Shown: positions 18,973 through 27,879 of the stretch, in pieces
Position numbering within the stretch: position 1 is the stretch's first letter
Layout: every line of letters begins with the position of its first letter
IMG/VR virus record: IMGVR_UViG_3300020045_007641
Span: 1 to 41,780 of that record
Reading direction: 5' to 3' (one strand)
From: a virus
Taxonomy: Duplodnaviria; Caudoviricetes
Length of the DNA: 41,780 nt
Notes under the pieces: generated by a model
Told to the model about the DNA's origin: nothing
The model's input: the letters and a program-made list of their open reading frames with translations, nothing else
The model's database searches: none
Program-made: the position numbers and the translations under genes

Positions 18973-19389
18973 ATGGGAAAAATAGCTTTAATAAAAAAAG
19001 AAAATAATACTTTCGGTCTGGTTAATGATTCAGATTTAGAAGAAGCCAATAAAATAAAAGTTGGTACTGTTTACGTTTATCAATATAGCAAGCCACGAAA
19101 TTATGAGTTCCATAAAAAGTTTTTTGCTTTGATAAAATTACTTTTTGATAATCAGGAAGTGTACAGCAATATGGAGCATTTAAGAAATGATTTAACTATA
19201 GCCTCCGGTTTTTACACAGTACGTTATAACTTTGACGGTGTAGAGATTATAGAGCCTGTAAGCATATCCTTTGCTTCAATGGATAATAATAAATTTGAAG
19301 AATATTATAATGCCGTATTAAATACGATATGTGAGAAATTCAATTTTGATAGAGAAGATATAATAAATAACGTTCAACAATATTTTTAG
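18973..19389 (+). CDS. DUF1367-like protein
   Basis: PRNYEFHKKFFAL and SISFASMD..FEEYY motifs. Confidence 0.75.
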   Translation: MGKIALIKKENNTFGLVNDSDLEEANKIKVGTVYVYQYSKPRNYEFHKKFFALIKLLFDNQEVYSNMEHLRNDLTIASGFYTVRYNFDGVEIIEPVSISFASMDNNKFEEYYNAVLNTICEKFNFDREDIINNVQQYF

Positions 19390-19393
19390 AATT

Positions 19394-19633
19394 ATGAAAG
19401 ATGCATTAAGCAAAGAAATAATAATCGGCAATAAATACGGTTATTCGCAAAATAACAATGGAGTTACAAGTGTTAGAGTAGGTATAGCTGAAAAAGTAAC
19501 GTCTACTGGATTGTTAACTTTATCAGTTTTAAAATCAGGTAGTGCTTATGGTAAATATAATATAGAAATTAACCAGTCAATAAAAGATAAAATTTCTGTA
19601 AAATCAAACTTATTATTCCCTGTAAATGATTAG
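19394..19633 (+). CDS. Hypothetical protein
   Basis: 79 aa, coupled in the operon. Confidence 0.7.
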   Translation: MKDALSKEIIIGNKYGYSQNNNGVTSVRVGIAEKVTSTGLLTLSVLKSGSAYGKYNIEINQSIKDKISVKSNLLFPVND

Positions 19634-20309
19634 AGAAAAACCATGTAAGGGAACGGGTAAAGCTAAAGGCTTTGGCTGTGGTATTTTGAGTACAAAACGC
19701 GTATTAGGATTAAGTATATTAAAATGTGGTTGCTACAGAAAATACTTATTAAGCCCTGAAGGAGCAGACAGATTAAAAGCAGGAACATTAAAAGGCAAAG
19801 CTATTGTTAAAAAGGCTGCTAAAGAAAAAGATAAAGAAGCGAGGGAAAAACTTAAAACGCGTAGTAATTTTGAATCTGATTTACAGAAAGAAATAAATAC
19901 TATTATCCGGCTAATAGATAAAGGAACGGTTTGTATTTCTTCTTTAAAGGCTTTGAATCAAAAATTTGATGCAGGGCATTATTTTAGTGTTGGTTCTACT
20001 CCTTCATTAAGATTTAACCTGTTTAATATTTACGCTCAATCAGTACATTGCAATCAGCATTTATCAGGAGATAGCATAAACTTTATGGAGGGTTTAAAAT
20101 TAATGTATGGTAAAGAACATGCTGAATACGTTAGCGAGTTGCGCGCAAAGTATAAGCTTATAAAATTACTTATACCAGACCTTAAAGAAAAAACTATAAT
20201 TGCAAAACAAATAGTTAAGGAGCTTAAAAAAGAAAACAGAACTTACAGCCCTAAAGAAAGATTGTATCTTAGATTAACTTATAATATTAAAATCGGTATA
20301 TATGGCTAA
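19626..20309 (+). CDS. NinG/Rap-family endonuclease
   Basis: LQ..IN..IR.ID....CIS, DAGHY.SVG...LRFN..N...Q...CN..LSG. Confidence 0.85.
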   Translation: MIREKPCKGTGKAKGFGCGILSTKRVLGLSILKCGCYRKYLLSPEGADRLKAGTLKGKAIVKKAAKEKDKEAREKLKTRSNFESDLQKEINTIIRLIDKGTVCISSLKALNQKFDAGHYFSVGSTPSLRFNLFNIYAQSVHCNQHLSGDSINFMEGLKLMYGKEHAEYVSELRAKYKLIKLLIPDLKEKTIIAKQIVKELKKENRTYSPKERLYLRLTYNIKIGIYG

Positions 20310-20613
20310 GGTGGATAACGGAAAACTAATACTAAGCGATAATAATTTACAAAAGTTTATTTTAAGTCTCCCTAAAGGATTAATTTACGATAATGGTAAA
20401 GTAGTAACTCCTGAAGGTAAAACCCCTGCAAAATACAAATTCGCTATAAATGGCGTTAAGTATTGCCTGTATGAAAAAAATATAGAAACTTTTGATTTAG
20501 ATGGATTAAAGAAAGAACGTAGCCAATTATTTGTAAGCGGCTCAAATCCTGAACGACTAAAATTAATTAGAAACAAAATAAGTTATTTTGAATATGGATA
20601 TACAGAAAGTTAG
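20302..20613 (+). CDS. Hypothetical protein
   Basis: 103 aa, overlap-coupled. Confidence 0.7.
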   Translation: MAKVDNGKLILSDNNLQKFILSLPKGLIYDNGKVVTPEGKTPAKYKFAINGVKYCLYEKNIETFDLDGLKKERSQLFVSGSNPERLKLIRNKISYFEYGYTES

Positions 20614-20764
20614 ATGTGGATGCAGAATGTATAAAGGATTTGAGATTCCTTTAACGGCTGTTATATTTAGAACAGCGGAACAAAGAGAGTATTATATTAG
20701 TGCAATTGGGGATAACGGAACATTAGTAAGATATTTAGATACAGGATTATATAAAAGGCTTTAA
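20594..20764 (+). CDS. Small hypothetical protein (56 aa, MDIQKVRCGCRMYKGFEIP...)
   Basis: Below track cutoff; overlaps the upstream stop and fills the gap. Confidence 0.55.
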   Translation: MDIQKVRCGCRMYKGFEIPLTAVIFRTAEQREYYISAIGDNGTLVRYLDTGLYKRL

Positions 20765-20825
20765 TGTTAAATATATGTTAAAGTTTAAAATAAATTGTGT
20801 AATGTAAATAATATAAGTAAATTTG
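20765..20825 (+). promoter_or_regulatory. Promoter (TTGTGTA 20795; TAAATTTG 20818) with an upstream inverted TGTTAA-N5-TGTTAA box
   Basis: Read directly from the sequence. Confidence 0.7.
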
Positions 20826-20842
20826 CTAACAAATAAAAACAG

Positions 20843-21022
20843 ATGATAAAATTAAAAGAAAAAGGCAGACCTCCTGAAATAGACAGGGATAAAATAAAAA
20901 GTGAGCGTTTTCAATTCGCTTTCTCTAAAAATGATATTTCCAGATTTGGAAACAGAAAAACACTCTTAGCAGCAGTAAGAGATTATGTAGAAAATTTTAA
21001 CACAAAAAAACCAAAGAAATAA
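20843..21022 (+). CDS. Small putative DNA-binding protein (59 aa, KGRPP then an RHH-like pattern)
   Basis: Below track cutoff; starts after a promoter and stops 1 nt before the next ATG. Confidence 0.65.
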   Translation: MIKLKEKGRPPEIDRDKIKSERFQFAFSKNDISRFGNRKTLLAAVRDYVENFNTKKPKK

Positions 21023-21023
21023 A

Positions 21024-21767
21024 ATGAAAAGATTAGTATTATTATTAACAGTTAGCTTAGCTCTTGCTTCATGTGGAGCATCAAGCAAGCTAAAGACCAG
21101 TGAAGAAAGCAAAGAGGTTAAAACTTTAGGGGTAGACTTAAAAGAAAATACCACGCAAAAGACCACTATTAAATTTGATACGGTTGCACTTATTAAAGGC
21201 TACGTTACAAAATCAGATTTAGACTACTCTGAATTTATGAGGGGCATCCCTCTTACTACAGAAGATGCTAAACAGAAAACAGTAACGTATTATAACCAGA
21301 AAGAAAACAAAGTAAAAACAGAAGTTACTATAAAAGATTTGCCTGTTAATATATCCGGCTCAAAGGTAACTGAAACAAATACACAAACAGAAAGTAAAAC
21401 CGATATGAAAATAGAAACAGAAAATAAAAAAACAGCTAAGACTAAAGAAACAAAATCTTTAGTGCCTTGGTGGCTATGGGTTGCTTTTTTAGCTTTAGTT
21501 ATGTTTTTAGTATTTATAATTAAGAAATATAAAAAAATAAATTCTTTCTTATTTATGCCTGTATTTCTTTTTGCTGTTGTATCATGTGATAAAGAAGATG
21601 TAAACACAGATTGCAATTGTATTAATGCGGTTTATGAGAACATATATACACACGAAAAAGAAAATTACTCTAATGAGCCTTTAGACTGCGATACTCAAAA
21701 ACCTATTGAAATGGTTAAAAAAAATGTATGGGCTTTCAAACATTGCAGTACCGGAGTTAAATATTAA
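21024..21767 (+). CDS. Lipoprotein, unimolecular-spanin-like, fused to a second lipoprotein-like module
   Basis: LASC lipobox; TM PWWLWVAFLALVMFLVFII; second signal ...FLFAVVSC-DKED. Confidence 0.6.
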   Translation: MKRLVLLLTVSLALASCGASSKLKTSEESKEVKTLGVDLKENTTQKTTIKFDTVALIKGYVTKSDLDYSEFMRGIPLTTEDAKQKTVTYYNQKENKVKTEVTIKDLPVNISGSKVTETNTQTESKTDMKIETENKKTAKTKETKSLVPWWLWVAFLALVMFLVFIIKKYKKINSFLFMPVFLFAVVSCDKEDVNTDCNCINAVYENIYTHEKENYSNEPLDCDTQKPIEMVKKNVWAFKHCSTGVKY

Positions 21768-21774
21768 AATTATG

Positions 21775-21804
21775 TTGTGTAATTAAAATAAATTATTATC
21801 TTTG
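21775..21804 (+). promoter_or_regulatory. Bacteroidota sigma70 promoter
   Basis: TTGTGTA then TATCTTTG. Confidence 0.75.
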
Positions 21805-21818
21805 TTAAAAATTAAATT

Positions 21819-22109
21819 ATGTCAAAACAGGAAAAAGTAACGGCTGAACAAATGTTAGCCTATTGCAAATACAGAAAGCTTAGAGGTATTAAAGGTACTT
21901 TTATAGAAAACAATATCGGGGTTTTTATGATTGTAAACGGGTTTAACCGTCCTAATGAAAAACACTTTAGCCACGTTAAACAAAACACTTCAGGCACATA
22001 CATTGTACGGGTAAACAAAGAAGATTATGAAAACTACGAAATAACAGATAATAAACTAACTGAGGTTAAAGGTTACGTAAAACCGGATACTGAAGATTAT
22101 ATTTACTAA
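21819..22109 (+). CDS. Hypothetical protein
   Basis: 96 aa after a promoter. Confidence 0.75.
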   Translation: MSKQEKVTAEQMLAYCKYRKLRGIKGTFIENNIGVFMIVNGFNRPNEKHFSHVKQNTSGTYIVRVNKEDYENYEITDNKLTEVKGYVKPDTEDYIY

Positions 22110-22111
22110 TC

Positions 22112-22324
22112 ATGGCAAAAGAATTAACTCACATAGTACCACCAATAAGTAACGGATACTTAACAGCCGGAAAAAAATATCCTGTAGTAACTATCATAAG
22201 GAAAGCCAACGCTTTTAAATCTTGGTGTGTAAAAATACTTGATGATTCAGGAGAGGAAATAACAATCGACACAAAAGAAAGCGCACATTTAAACGGCTTA
22301 AGTTGTGGAAAAATATACAGCTAA
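22112..22324 (+). CDS. Hypothetical protein (YLT.GK.Y SH3-like pattern)
   Basis: 70 aa, coupled. Confidence 0.7.
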   Translation: MAKELTHIVPPISNGYLTAGKKYPVVTIIRKANAFKSWCVKILDDSGEEITIDTKESAHLNGLSCGKIYS

Positions 22325-22328
22325 ATGC

Positions 22329-22359
22329 TTGTATATTAACTTAATAAACACTATATTTG
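22329..22359 (+). promoter_or_regulatory. Bacteroidota sigma70 promoter
   Basis: TTGTATA then TATATTTG. Confidence 0.7.
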
Positions 22360-22380
22360 TATAATTAAATAACAAAAACA

Positions 22381-22644
22381 ATGTCACAAAAAATTTATGC
22401 TGTTTCAGAACATTCTAATATGGAACAGCCACAAAGGTATATAGTTACCTCTAACGAGGAATTTATAAAAAACTTTCCTGAGCGTGCAATAAAATCTATA
22501 GAGCCTGCAACAAGGGTTTACAATAGCATAGGCAAAAAAGAAAATGTTTATGTAGGAAAAAGCTTTACCGATGAAATACTTTTTGAAGTATCGGCTGATA
22601 GCGTAAATGTTGAATACCATAATACAAAGTTATGCAAAGGTTAA
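22381..22644 (+). CDS. Hypothetical protein
   Basis: 87 aa after a promoter. Confidence 0.75.
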   Translation: MSQKIYAVSEHSNMEQPQRYIVTSNEEFIKNFPERAIKSIEPATRVYNSIGKKENVYVGKSFTDEILFEVSADSVNVEYHNTKLCKG

Positions 22645-22856
22645 TAGATGTATTAAAACTTATGGGCGTTAAGGAATTAGAACCTATAGACCATTTTGAA
22701 TACTGGGCAAATTTCCCCGATGCGCTTTTACTTGAAAAGTTTTTCATTAACGATAACGGTAAATTAAAAGCCGTTCCTTTTGATGCTATGCTTTATAAGT
22801 TTGAAATACTTAAAGACGGAACAGTAACAGTAGTAAGTAAACATAAAAAAAATTAA
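22632..22856 (+). CDS. Hypothetical protein
   Basis: 74 aa, overlap-coupled. Confidence 0.7.
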   Translation: MQRLIDVLKLMGVKELEPIDHFEYWANFPDALLLEKFFINDNGKLKAVPFDAMLYKFEILKDGTVTVVSKHKKN

Positions 22857-22863
22857 ATTAATC

Positions 22864-23205
22864 ATGCCTAAAAGAAAACGTATTACAAAGAAACAGCTTA
22901 CACTTTCAGAGTTAGTAAGTGAGCAAATATCTAAAATGGCTACGCCTGTAGATGTAGACAAACTTATTGAAAGCCTTATCTTACCAGAAGAACAAAAAGA
23001 GGCGTATAGGGTTAACGGTGTAGATTCTTTCTTAGAGCCGGAACTAACAGGAGAAGGAGATAAAGAATTACTTTTGCTTCAGGAGGTACAGAGTAGGCTT
23101 AACAGGTCTTTATCATTACCGGAGATACTAACCATAGCTAAAGCTTTTAAAGAAAGCTCTTTAATTGGGGTAGTAAACAATGAAGTAATAATTTATCACA
23201 AATAA
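22864..23205 (+). CDS. Hypothetical protein
   Basis: 113 aa, in operon. Confidence 0.72.
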   Translation: MPKRKRITKKQLTLSELVSEQISKMATPVDVDKLIESLILPEEQKEAYRVNGVDSFLEPELTGEGDKELLLLQEVQSRLNRSLSLPEILTIAKAFKESSLIGVVNNEVIIYHK

Positions 23206-23206
23206 A

Positions 23207-23314
23207 ATGATCCCTAAACAATGGGTAGTCATGGGCATAGTAATTGCCTGCCTGCTATTAATAGATATGTTCCGGCACTGGAACGATAACGACAACAACG
23301 GAGGTTTAACATAA
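23207..23314 (+). CDS. Single-TM microprotein (35 aa, MIPKQWVVMGIVIACLLLIDMFRHWNDNDNNGGLT)
   Basis: Below track cutoff; fills the gap; clear hydrophobic helix. Confidence 0.65.
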   Translation: MIPKQWVVMGIVIACLLLIDMFRHWNDNDNNGGLT

Positions 23315-23324
23315 CTTAAATAAA

Positions 23325-23576
23325 ATGAAAAAAGGATATATAGCAGATTTAGTAATTTTTACATTACTTGCTTCATTGGTTATTTATACAGATTACAGTC
23401 TCTCCACTGAGAAGATAATAATTTTATTAATATCTATAATGGTATATAAAACTATTGCTTTCGTGGTAAATAGGAGATTGTATAAAAAAGAGGTTCTAAG
23501 AAAGCAAAAGCTTAAAGACCATATAAGAATGGTCTTAGAACATAATGGAGGTATAACTAAAAACAATATAAGGTAA
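23325..23576 (+). CDS. Small two-TM membrane protein
   Basis: Two hydrophobic segments and a basic tail. Confidence 0.7.
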   Translation: MKKGYIADLVIFTLLASLVIYTDYSLSTEKIIILLISIMVYKTIAFVVNRRLYKKEVLRKQKLKDHIRMVLEHNGGITKNNIR

Positions 23577-23779
23577 TGAGGTTATCGATAATAGTATTAT
23601 TTTTTCTGAGTATGGTAATATACTCGGTTAACAACTTAGATACTTTGCCGCCTATATTAAGCGCAACATTAAAGATTGCAATAACCTTCTTTGTTTTGAA
23701 GCTTATTTACCATGTAGATAAGTATAAAGAATCTATAATAACAGGCAAGAGGTATAACCAGAAACACTACGTTAACTAA
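23576..23779 (+). CDS. Small two-TM membrane protein
   Basis: TAATG-coupled; hydrophobic. Confidence 0.68.
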   Translation: MRLSIIVLFFLSMVIYSVNNLDTLPPILSATLKIAITFFVLKLIYHVDKYKESIITGKRYNQKHYVN

Positions 23780-24105
23780 TGAGCGAAAGATATAAAAATG
23801 CTTTAAGCAGGCATGTAATAAAAAAAAATATTCAGGTTAAGCCAGAAGGCAGACCTATAACGGATTTTGAACCGCCTTTACCTTGTACAGTTGTAGATAA
23901 ATATTTAAAAGATAAAAAAGAAAGTGATTTGCTTTTAGAGGGATATAATAAAAACGAAATGCACCGTAAAATATATTGTGAATCTTTAGTTAGGCTTTAT
24001 GCATCCCCTGAGAAACTTTCTGTAACATTATGCGGTGTAATTAAATTAGCTAAAGATTTAGCCGATGAAGCCGTAAAACAATATAAGCCCTTTATACATG
24101 GATAG
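23779..24105 (+). CDS. Hypothetical protein
   Basis: TAATG-coupled, 108 aa. Confidence 0.7.
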   Translation: MSERYKNALSRHVIKKNIQVKPEGRPITDFEPPLPCTVVDKYLKDKKESDLLLEGYNKNEMHRKIYCESLVRLYASPEKLSVTLCGVIKLAKDLADEAVKQYKPFIHG

Positions 24106-24439
24106 CGAAACGCAATTACTAAAAGCAATGGAGAAACACCTATCCGAATTAAAAATGTATGAGGTGGCTTATGATAAAGAAATAGAGTATATAACAAGCC
24201 CTACAGAATTAAAGGCTAAAGTATCCTATTGCAATTATCAAGGATGGAGCTTAGAAGATTTTGGAGCAAAGCAGGCTAAAATAAAAGAAGTGCCGGATGA
24301 TAAACTGGATTCGATTATAATAGACTGTAACCACAATTATGATGGGTGTGAGCATAACAGGACGTTAAGAGAGATACTAACCTTAGAGAGCAGTATAAGC
24401 AAAGATAATGCAGAATCAGTAGGATACAAAAACATTTAA
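24098..24439 (+). CDS. Hypothetical protein
   Basis: 113 aa, overlap-coupled. Confidence 0.7.
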   Translation: MDSETQLLKAMEKHLSELKMYEVAYDKEIEYITSPTELKAKVSYCNYQGWSLEDFGAKQAKIKEVPDDKLDSIIIDCNHNYDGCEHNRTLREILTLESSISKDNAESVGYKNI

Positions 24440-24442
24440 TAA

Positions 24443-24790
24443 ATGAAAAATTTTTTTAAAAATTATAATGATGTATCTATTTTATTAGGTATATTTGTAG
24501 CCATAATAGTAAGCATAGGCGCACCGTACTATAAAAACCCAGATGTAAGCATAGTCTGCTTAGGAGTAACTTTAAGTATGTTTGCTACTCTTATGATAGA
24601 TGCGTTTAAGTTCAGGAATAATCATAACGAGGTACTAAACGCTAAACTAACGGCTCTGGGAGCTTTACAGGGGTATTACCTGTATGAATACATTATAAGC
24701 CCTGCATTATCTATAATCGCTTCAGCAAGCCTTATGGTAATAGTATTCCGGCTAATGAATTACGAACATAAAAAAACAACAGAAAATTAA
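24443..24790 (+). CDS. Multi-pass membrane protein
   Basis: 115 aa, 3-4 hydrophobic segments. Confidence 0.7.
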   Translation: MKNFFKNYNDVSILLGIFVAIIVSIGAPYYKNPDVSIVCLGVTLSMFATLMIDAFKFRNNHNEVLNAKLTALGALQGYYLYEYIISPALSIIASASLMVIVFRLMNYEHKKTTEN

Positions 24791-24810
24791 TAATTAAATT
24801 ACATTACACA

Positions 24811-25443
24811 ATGGAAAATTCAACAATCATTTTTTTAGCTATTATCGCTCTACTAATTGTAACGATACTAAGGCAGGTACAAAAACAAAAGTACTGGATT
24901 GCAGAGAACAAAAGAGACGATGAAGCTATAAGTAATCAAAGCATTGTTATAAGCAATCTAAGACAGGATAATAAGTTTTTAAATAACTACATTAAAGAAC
25001 TTCAGGAACAAAAAAGGAATGATGCTATAGACGGACAGGCGGCACAGGATGAAGCTTACAACAGGATACAGGAGTTAGAGAAAAAGATTAAAGGAGAAAA
25101 AACTTTATCTACCAGTTTGTATAACTCTAACAGGAAAAAACGAAACAGGATAAAAGAACTACAGAAACAATTAGATTCTAAAGACTTTGATATTAAAGGC
25201 TTAGAAAGCTGGATTGTAAAGATATTAGGTAAAAAAGACTTCCTTAATAGAGAAATAAAAAGACAGCAATGGCAAAACAAAAAGAAGTGGATGCTTCTAC
25301 AGGAGCAAAGAAAAAACAACGAAGTGCTAAGCAAGCAGATAGCGTACCAACAGCTAATACTAAAAAATATACAAGGCCTACAGGAATTAAGTACACGCCC
25401 ATCGAAATTGCGCACTTATTTAATGAGATTACCGAAGCTATAA
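24811..25443 (+). CDS. Membrane-anchored coiled-coil protein
   Basis: N-terminal TM (IIFLAIIALLIVTIL) then heptad-rich sequence; 3' end overlaps TerS. Confidence 0.7.
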   Translation: MENSTIIFLAIIALLIVTILRQVQKQKYWIAENKRDDEAISNQSIVISNLRQDNKFLNNYIKELQEQKRNDAIDGQAAQDEAYNRIQELEKKIKGEKTLSTSLYNSNRKKRNRIKELQKQLDSKDFDIKGLESWIVKILGKKDFLNREIKRQQWQNKKKWMLLQEQRKNNEVLSKQIAYQQLILKNIQGLQELSTRPSKLRTYLMRLPKL

Positions 25444-25886
25444 GCGGTAAGGGTTTAAGTCTTAGAAAAGCTTTAAGGATAACTGAGGTAAGTAGTAGGA
25501 CGTTCTATGAGTGGTTAAACGATGATGCTCCGGTTATGGGTGGAGAGAACCCAGAGAATAATAAATTTACTACAATTGGGGAGCAGAGACAAAAACAATA
25601 CGCTCGGGCGTGCGTGGAGCGAGCAGATGCGATATTTGATGAAACTATAGAGATTGCAGATGATGGTTCTAACGATACCTACGAACTCGAAACTGAAGGC
25701 GGCACTATCATAACTAAAACAGATTACGATGTAATAGCACGCTCTAAATTGCGCGTAGACACTCGTAAATGGATAGTTGCTAAACTAAATCCTAAGAAGT
25801 ACGGAGACAAAGTAGAAACTACCTTAGTAGGAGACGAGGCCCGTCCGGTTATTGTTTCTCTGGGTAGTGGTATAAAACCAGAATAA
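25269..25886 (+). CDS. terS: Terminase small subunit (Sf6/P22-like)
   Basis: KYTP...I...G.SLR...RTFYEW HTH; QYARA...AD..FDE..EIADD; RSKLRVDTRKW..AKLNPKKYGDK. Confidence 0.9.
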   Translation: MAKQKEVDASTGAKKKQRSAKQADSVPTANTKKYTRPTGIKYTPIEIAHLFNEITEAISGKGLSLRKALRITEVSSRTFYEWLNDDAPVMGGENPENNKFTTIGEQRQKQYARACVERADAIFDETIEIADDGSNDTYELETEGGTIITKTDYDVIARSKLRVDTRKWIVAKLNPKKYGDKVETTLVGDEARPVIVSLGSGIKPE

Positions 25887-25906
25887 ATAATTTAAAAACA
25901 AAAAAA

Positions 25907-25990
25907 ATGAAAGATATGGAAAACGGTGTTTATGTTGACAAAGATTCTCAGTTTGAAGATTTAATTAATTATGGTGGTATAGGTGTTTAA
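25907..25990 (+). CDS. Possible 27-aa micropeptide (MKDMENGVYVDKDSQFEDLINYGGIGV)
   Basis: A-rich leader; lies between TerS and the terminator. Confidence 0.35.
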   Translation: MKDMENGVYVDKDSQFEDLINYGGIGV

Positions 25991-26035
25991 AAATACGTTC
26001 ACTCCCTTTATTAAATATAAATCAAAAGCCTGTTC

Positions 26036-26069
26036 AAAAGCAGTATAGTTAATTCTATGCTGCTTTTTT
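26036..26069 (+). terminator. Intrinsic terminator
   Basis: AAAAGCAGTATAG/CTATGCTGCTTTT stem and T-run. Confidence 0.78.
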
Positions 26070-26081
26070 ATTAAAATAAAT

Positions 26082-26112
26082 TTGTGTATTGTAAATAAAA
26101 TAACTACCTTTG
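26082..26112 (+). promoter_or_regulatory. Promoter of the methylase
   Basis: TTGTGTA then TACCTTTG. Confidence 0.75.
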
Positions 26113-26128
26113 ATAAAAATATAAAATT

Positions 26129-26818
26129 ATGTTTTCATATTACGGAACAAAAAAGAGATTAGCGCCTATTTACCCTAAACCTAAACACGGTAAAATAATA
26201 GAGCCTTTTGCAGGAGCAGCGCAATATTCATTATTACATTTTGAAAATGAAGTAACACTTATAGACTCATATAGCGTTATAATTGATATATGGAAGTATT
26301 TACAGCAATGCAGCCCTAATGATATATTAAGCCTACCAAATTACGAAAACAAACAAACTATAGATAAAGACGAATTAGATTGTATAGAGCAGTTTGAATT
26401 AATAAGATTTCTGGTACAGGAAGGAACTGTAGGAGGAAATAAAGCCTATTCAAGAGGTTTAAAGAGTTATGATTCAAAACGGAAGAATATAGCTAATAGT
26501 TTGTTTAAAATAAAACATTGGAAATTTGAATGTAAGTCTTATACAGAAGTAGAGAATGAATTAGCTACTTGGTTTATAGACCCTCCTTATCAGTTTGGGG
26601 GTCATAAATACAAACACTCTAATAAGAAAATAGACTTCGAAGGGTTAGCTGATTATTGTAAAGAAAGACAGGGTTTAGTTATAGTTTGCGAAAATACTAA
26701 AGCTGACTGGTTACCTTTTATTCCTGCAAAAAAACATAAAGGCATTAACAATGATGTAACTATCGAAGCTATTTGGAGCAACGAAGAAATAAAAAATAAA
26801 ACACCAATATTATTTTAA
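26129..26818 (+). CDS. Orphan DNA adenine methyltransferase (D12/Dam-like)
   Basis: SYYGTK, EPFAGAA (SAM-binding) and DPPY (catalytic) motifs. Confidence 0.88.
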   Translation: MFSYYGTKKRLAPIYPKPKHGKIIEPFAGAAQYSLLHFENEVTLIDSYSVIIDIWKYLQQCSPNDILSLPNYENKQTIDKDELDCIEQFELIRFLVQEGTVGGNKAYSRGLKSYDSKRKNIANSLFKIKHWKFECKSYTEVENELATWFIDPPYQFGGHKYKHSNKKIDFEGLADYCKERQGLVIVCENTKADWLPFIPAKKHKGINNDVTIEAIWSNEEIKNKTPILF

Positions 26819-26871
26819 CATAACTTTAACATTAATTACTGTACACAATTAAAATAACAGTTGTATATTTG
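26815..26871 (+). promoter_or_regulatory. Promoter with an upstream TTAACA-N5-TTAACA box
   Basis: TTAACA at 26815 and 26826; TATATTTG at 26864; -33 box degenerate. Confidence 0.65.
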
Positions 26872-26902
26872 TACTCAGATAACAACAATAAAAATATCAA
26901 TC

Positions 26903-27199
26903 ATGCAAGACTTAACAAAATTCACAAAAGGACAAAAAGAAGCAATGCTTAAATCTTTGTTAAATGCAAAATCAAATACAATAGCAGATAATAAATTAAA
27001 ATTTGCTCTTATGGATGATTTAGCTGAAGGAGACAAAACGGCTTCTTTTGGAATTATTGTATGTATGGGTTACGCTAAAATGATAAATATAGATACATTT
27101 GGAGAAGCTTACAGAGAAGTATGGGCTAAAATAAGAACTACAAGTAAAGGAGATTATATAAATAATTCTTATACAGGTGGCAGAATGTATTTGAATTAA
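26903..27199 (+). CDS. Hypothetical protein (likely start 26903, MQDLTKF)
   Basis: The track start lies inside the promoter box. Confidence 0.72.
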   Translation: MQDLTKFTKGQKEAMLKSLLNAKSNTIADNKLKFALMDDLAEGDKTASFGIIVCMGYAKMINIDTFGEAYREVWAKIRTTSKGDYINNSYTGGRMYLN

Positions 27200-27210
27200 A
27201 AAATTAACCC

Positions 27211-27230
27211 GCCTCCTGTAACAGGGAGGC
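27211..27230 (+). other. GC-rich hairpin without a clear T-run (weak terminator or RNA-stabilising)
   Basis: GCCTCC...GGAGGC. Confidence 0.5.
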
Positions 27231-27248
27231 TCTTAAATAAACTGTAAA

Positions 27249-27395
27249 ATGAAAGCAGACTTAACAAAACTTAACAGGTTAGTTATAAAACTAAAAGATG
27301 GAAGCACGATGTATTTAAACGTTGAGGCTGAAATGTTAGAGACTACAGGAACGGGTAAAAACGCAAAATCAAAATTAACTATTAAACAAATATAA
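27249..27395 (+). CDS. Small hypothetical protein (48 aa, MKADLTKLNRLVIKLKDG...)
   Basis: Below track cutoff; stop abuts the next ATG. Confidence 0.65.
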   Translation: MKADLTKLNRLVIKLKDGSTMYLNVEAEMLETTGTGKNAKSKLTIKQI

Positions 27396-27839
27396 ATGAA
27401 TTTAACAGAGTATTCAAAACAGGTACACGAAGCGAATGTAAAGAAAGGTTTTTATGATGAACATGTTAACGTAATATCTGCGTTACAGGATATGCATAAC
27501 AGTACTAAGCCAAACATAATTAAAAGCTATGTAACAGCTTTTATAGACCAAAGGGTTGCGTTAGTACACTCAGAACTTTCTGAAGCCTTAGAAGCTAACA
27601 GGAAAAATTTATATGCCGATTTACATATATTAACAGATTTACCTGCTACACCAACGAATGAATATTTTAAAGAGATTTTTGAATTGCATATTAAAGATAC
27701 TGTAGAAGATGAAATAGCCGATTCTGTTATTAGGCTTTTTGATTTATCCGGCTTTCTGGGAATCGATTTAGAAACTCATGTAAGAGCTAAATTAAGATAC
27801 AACTCTTTAAGACCACAAAAGCACGGCAAACTATATTAA
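27396..27839 (+). CDS. MazG-like nucleotide pyrophosphohydrolase
   Basis: ALVHSELSEALEA.R, EDEIAD.VIRLFDL, KLRYN..RP.KHGK.Y. Confidence 0.85.
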   Translation: MNLTEYSKQVHEANVKKGFYDEHVNVISALQDMHNSTKPNIIKSYVTAFIDQRVALVHSELSEALEANRKNLYADLHILTDLPATPTNEYFKEIFELHIKDTVEDEIADSVIRLFDLSGFLGIDLETHVRAKLRYNSLRPQKHGKLY

Positions 27840-27842
27840 ACC

Positions 27843-27879
27843 AATCCCCTGTTATTAATTTAGCAGGGGATTTTATTTT
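27843..27879 (+). terminator. Intrinsic terminator
   Basis: AATCCCCTGTTA/TAGCAGGGGATT stem and T-rich tail. Confidence 0.78.

Noticed and set aside
20385-25415. Minus-strand ORFs at 20385, 20966, 21290, 22405, 22565, 22764, 23997 and 25056
   Set aside because: Antisense to tightly coupled plus-strand operons; no promoters or motifs
26129-26818. Complete restriction-modification system
   Set aside because: The methylase has its own promoter and no recognisable adjacent endonuclease
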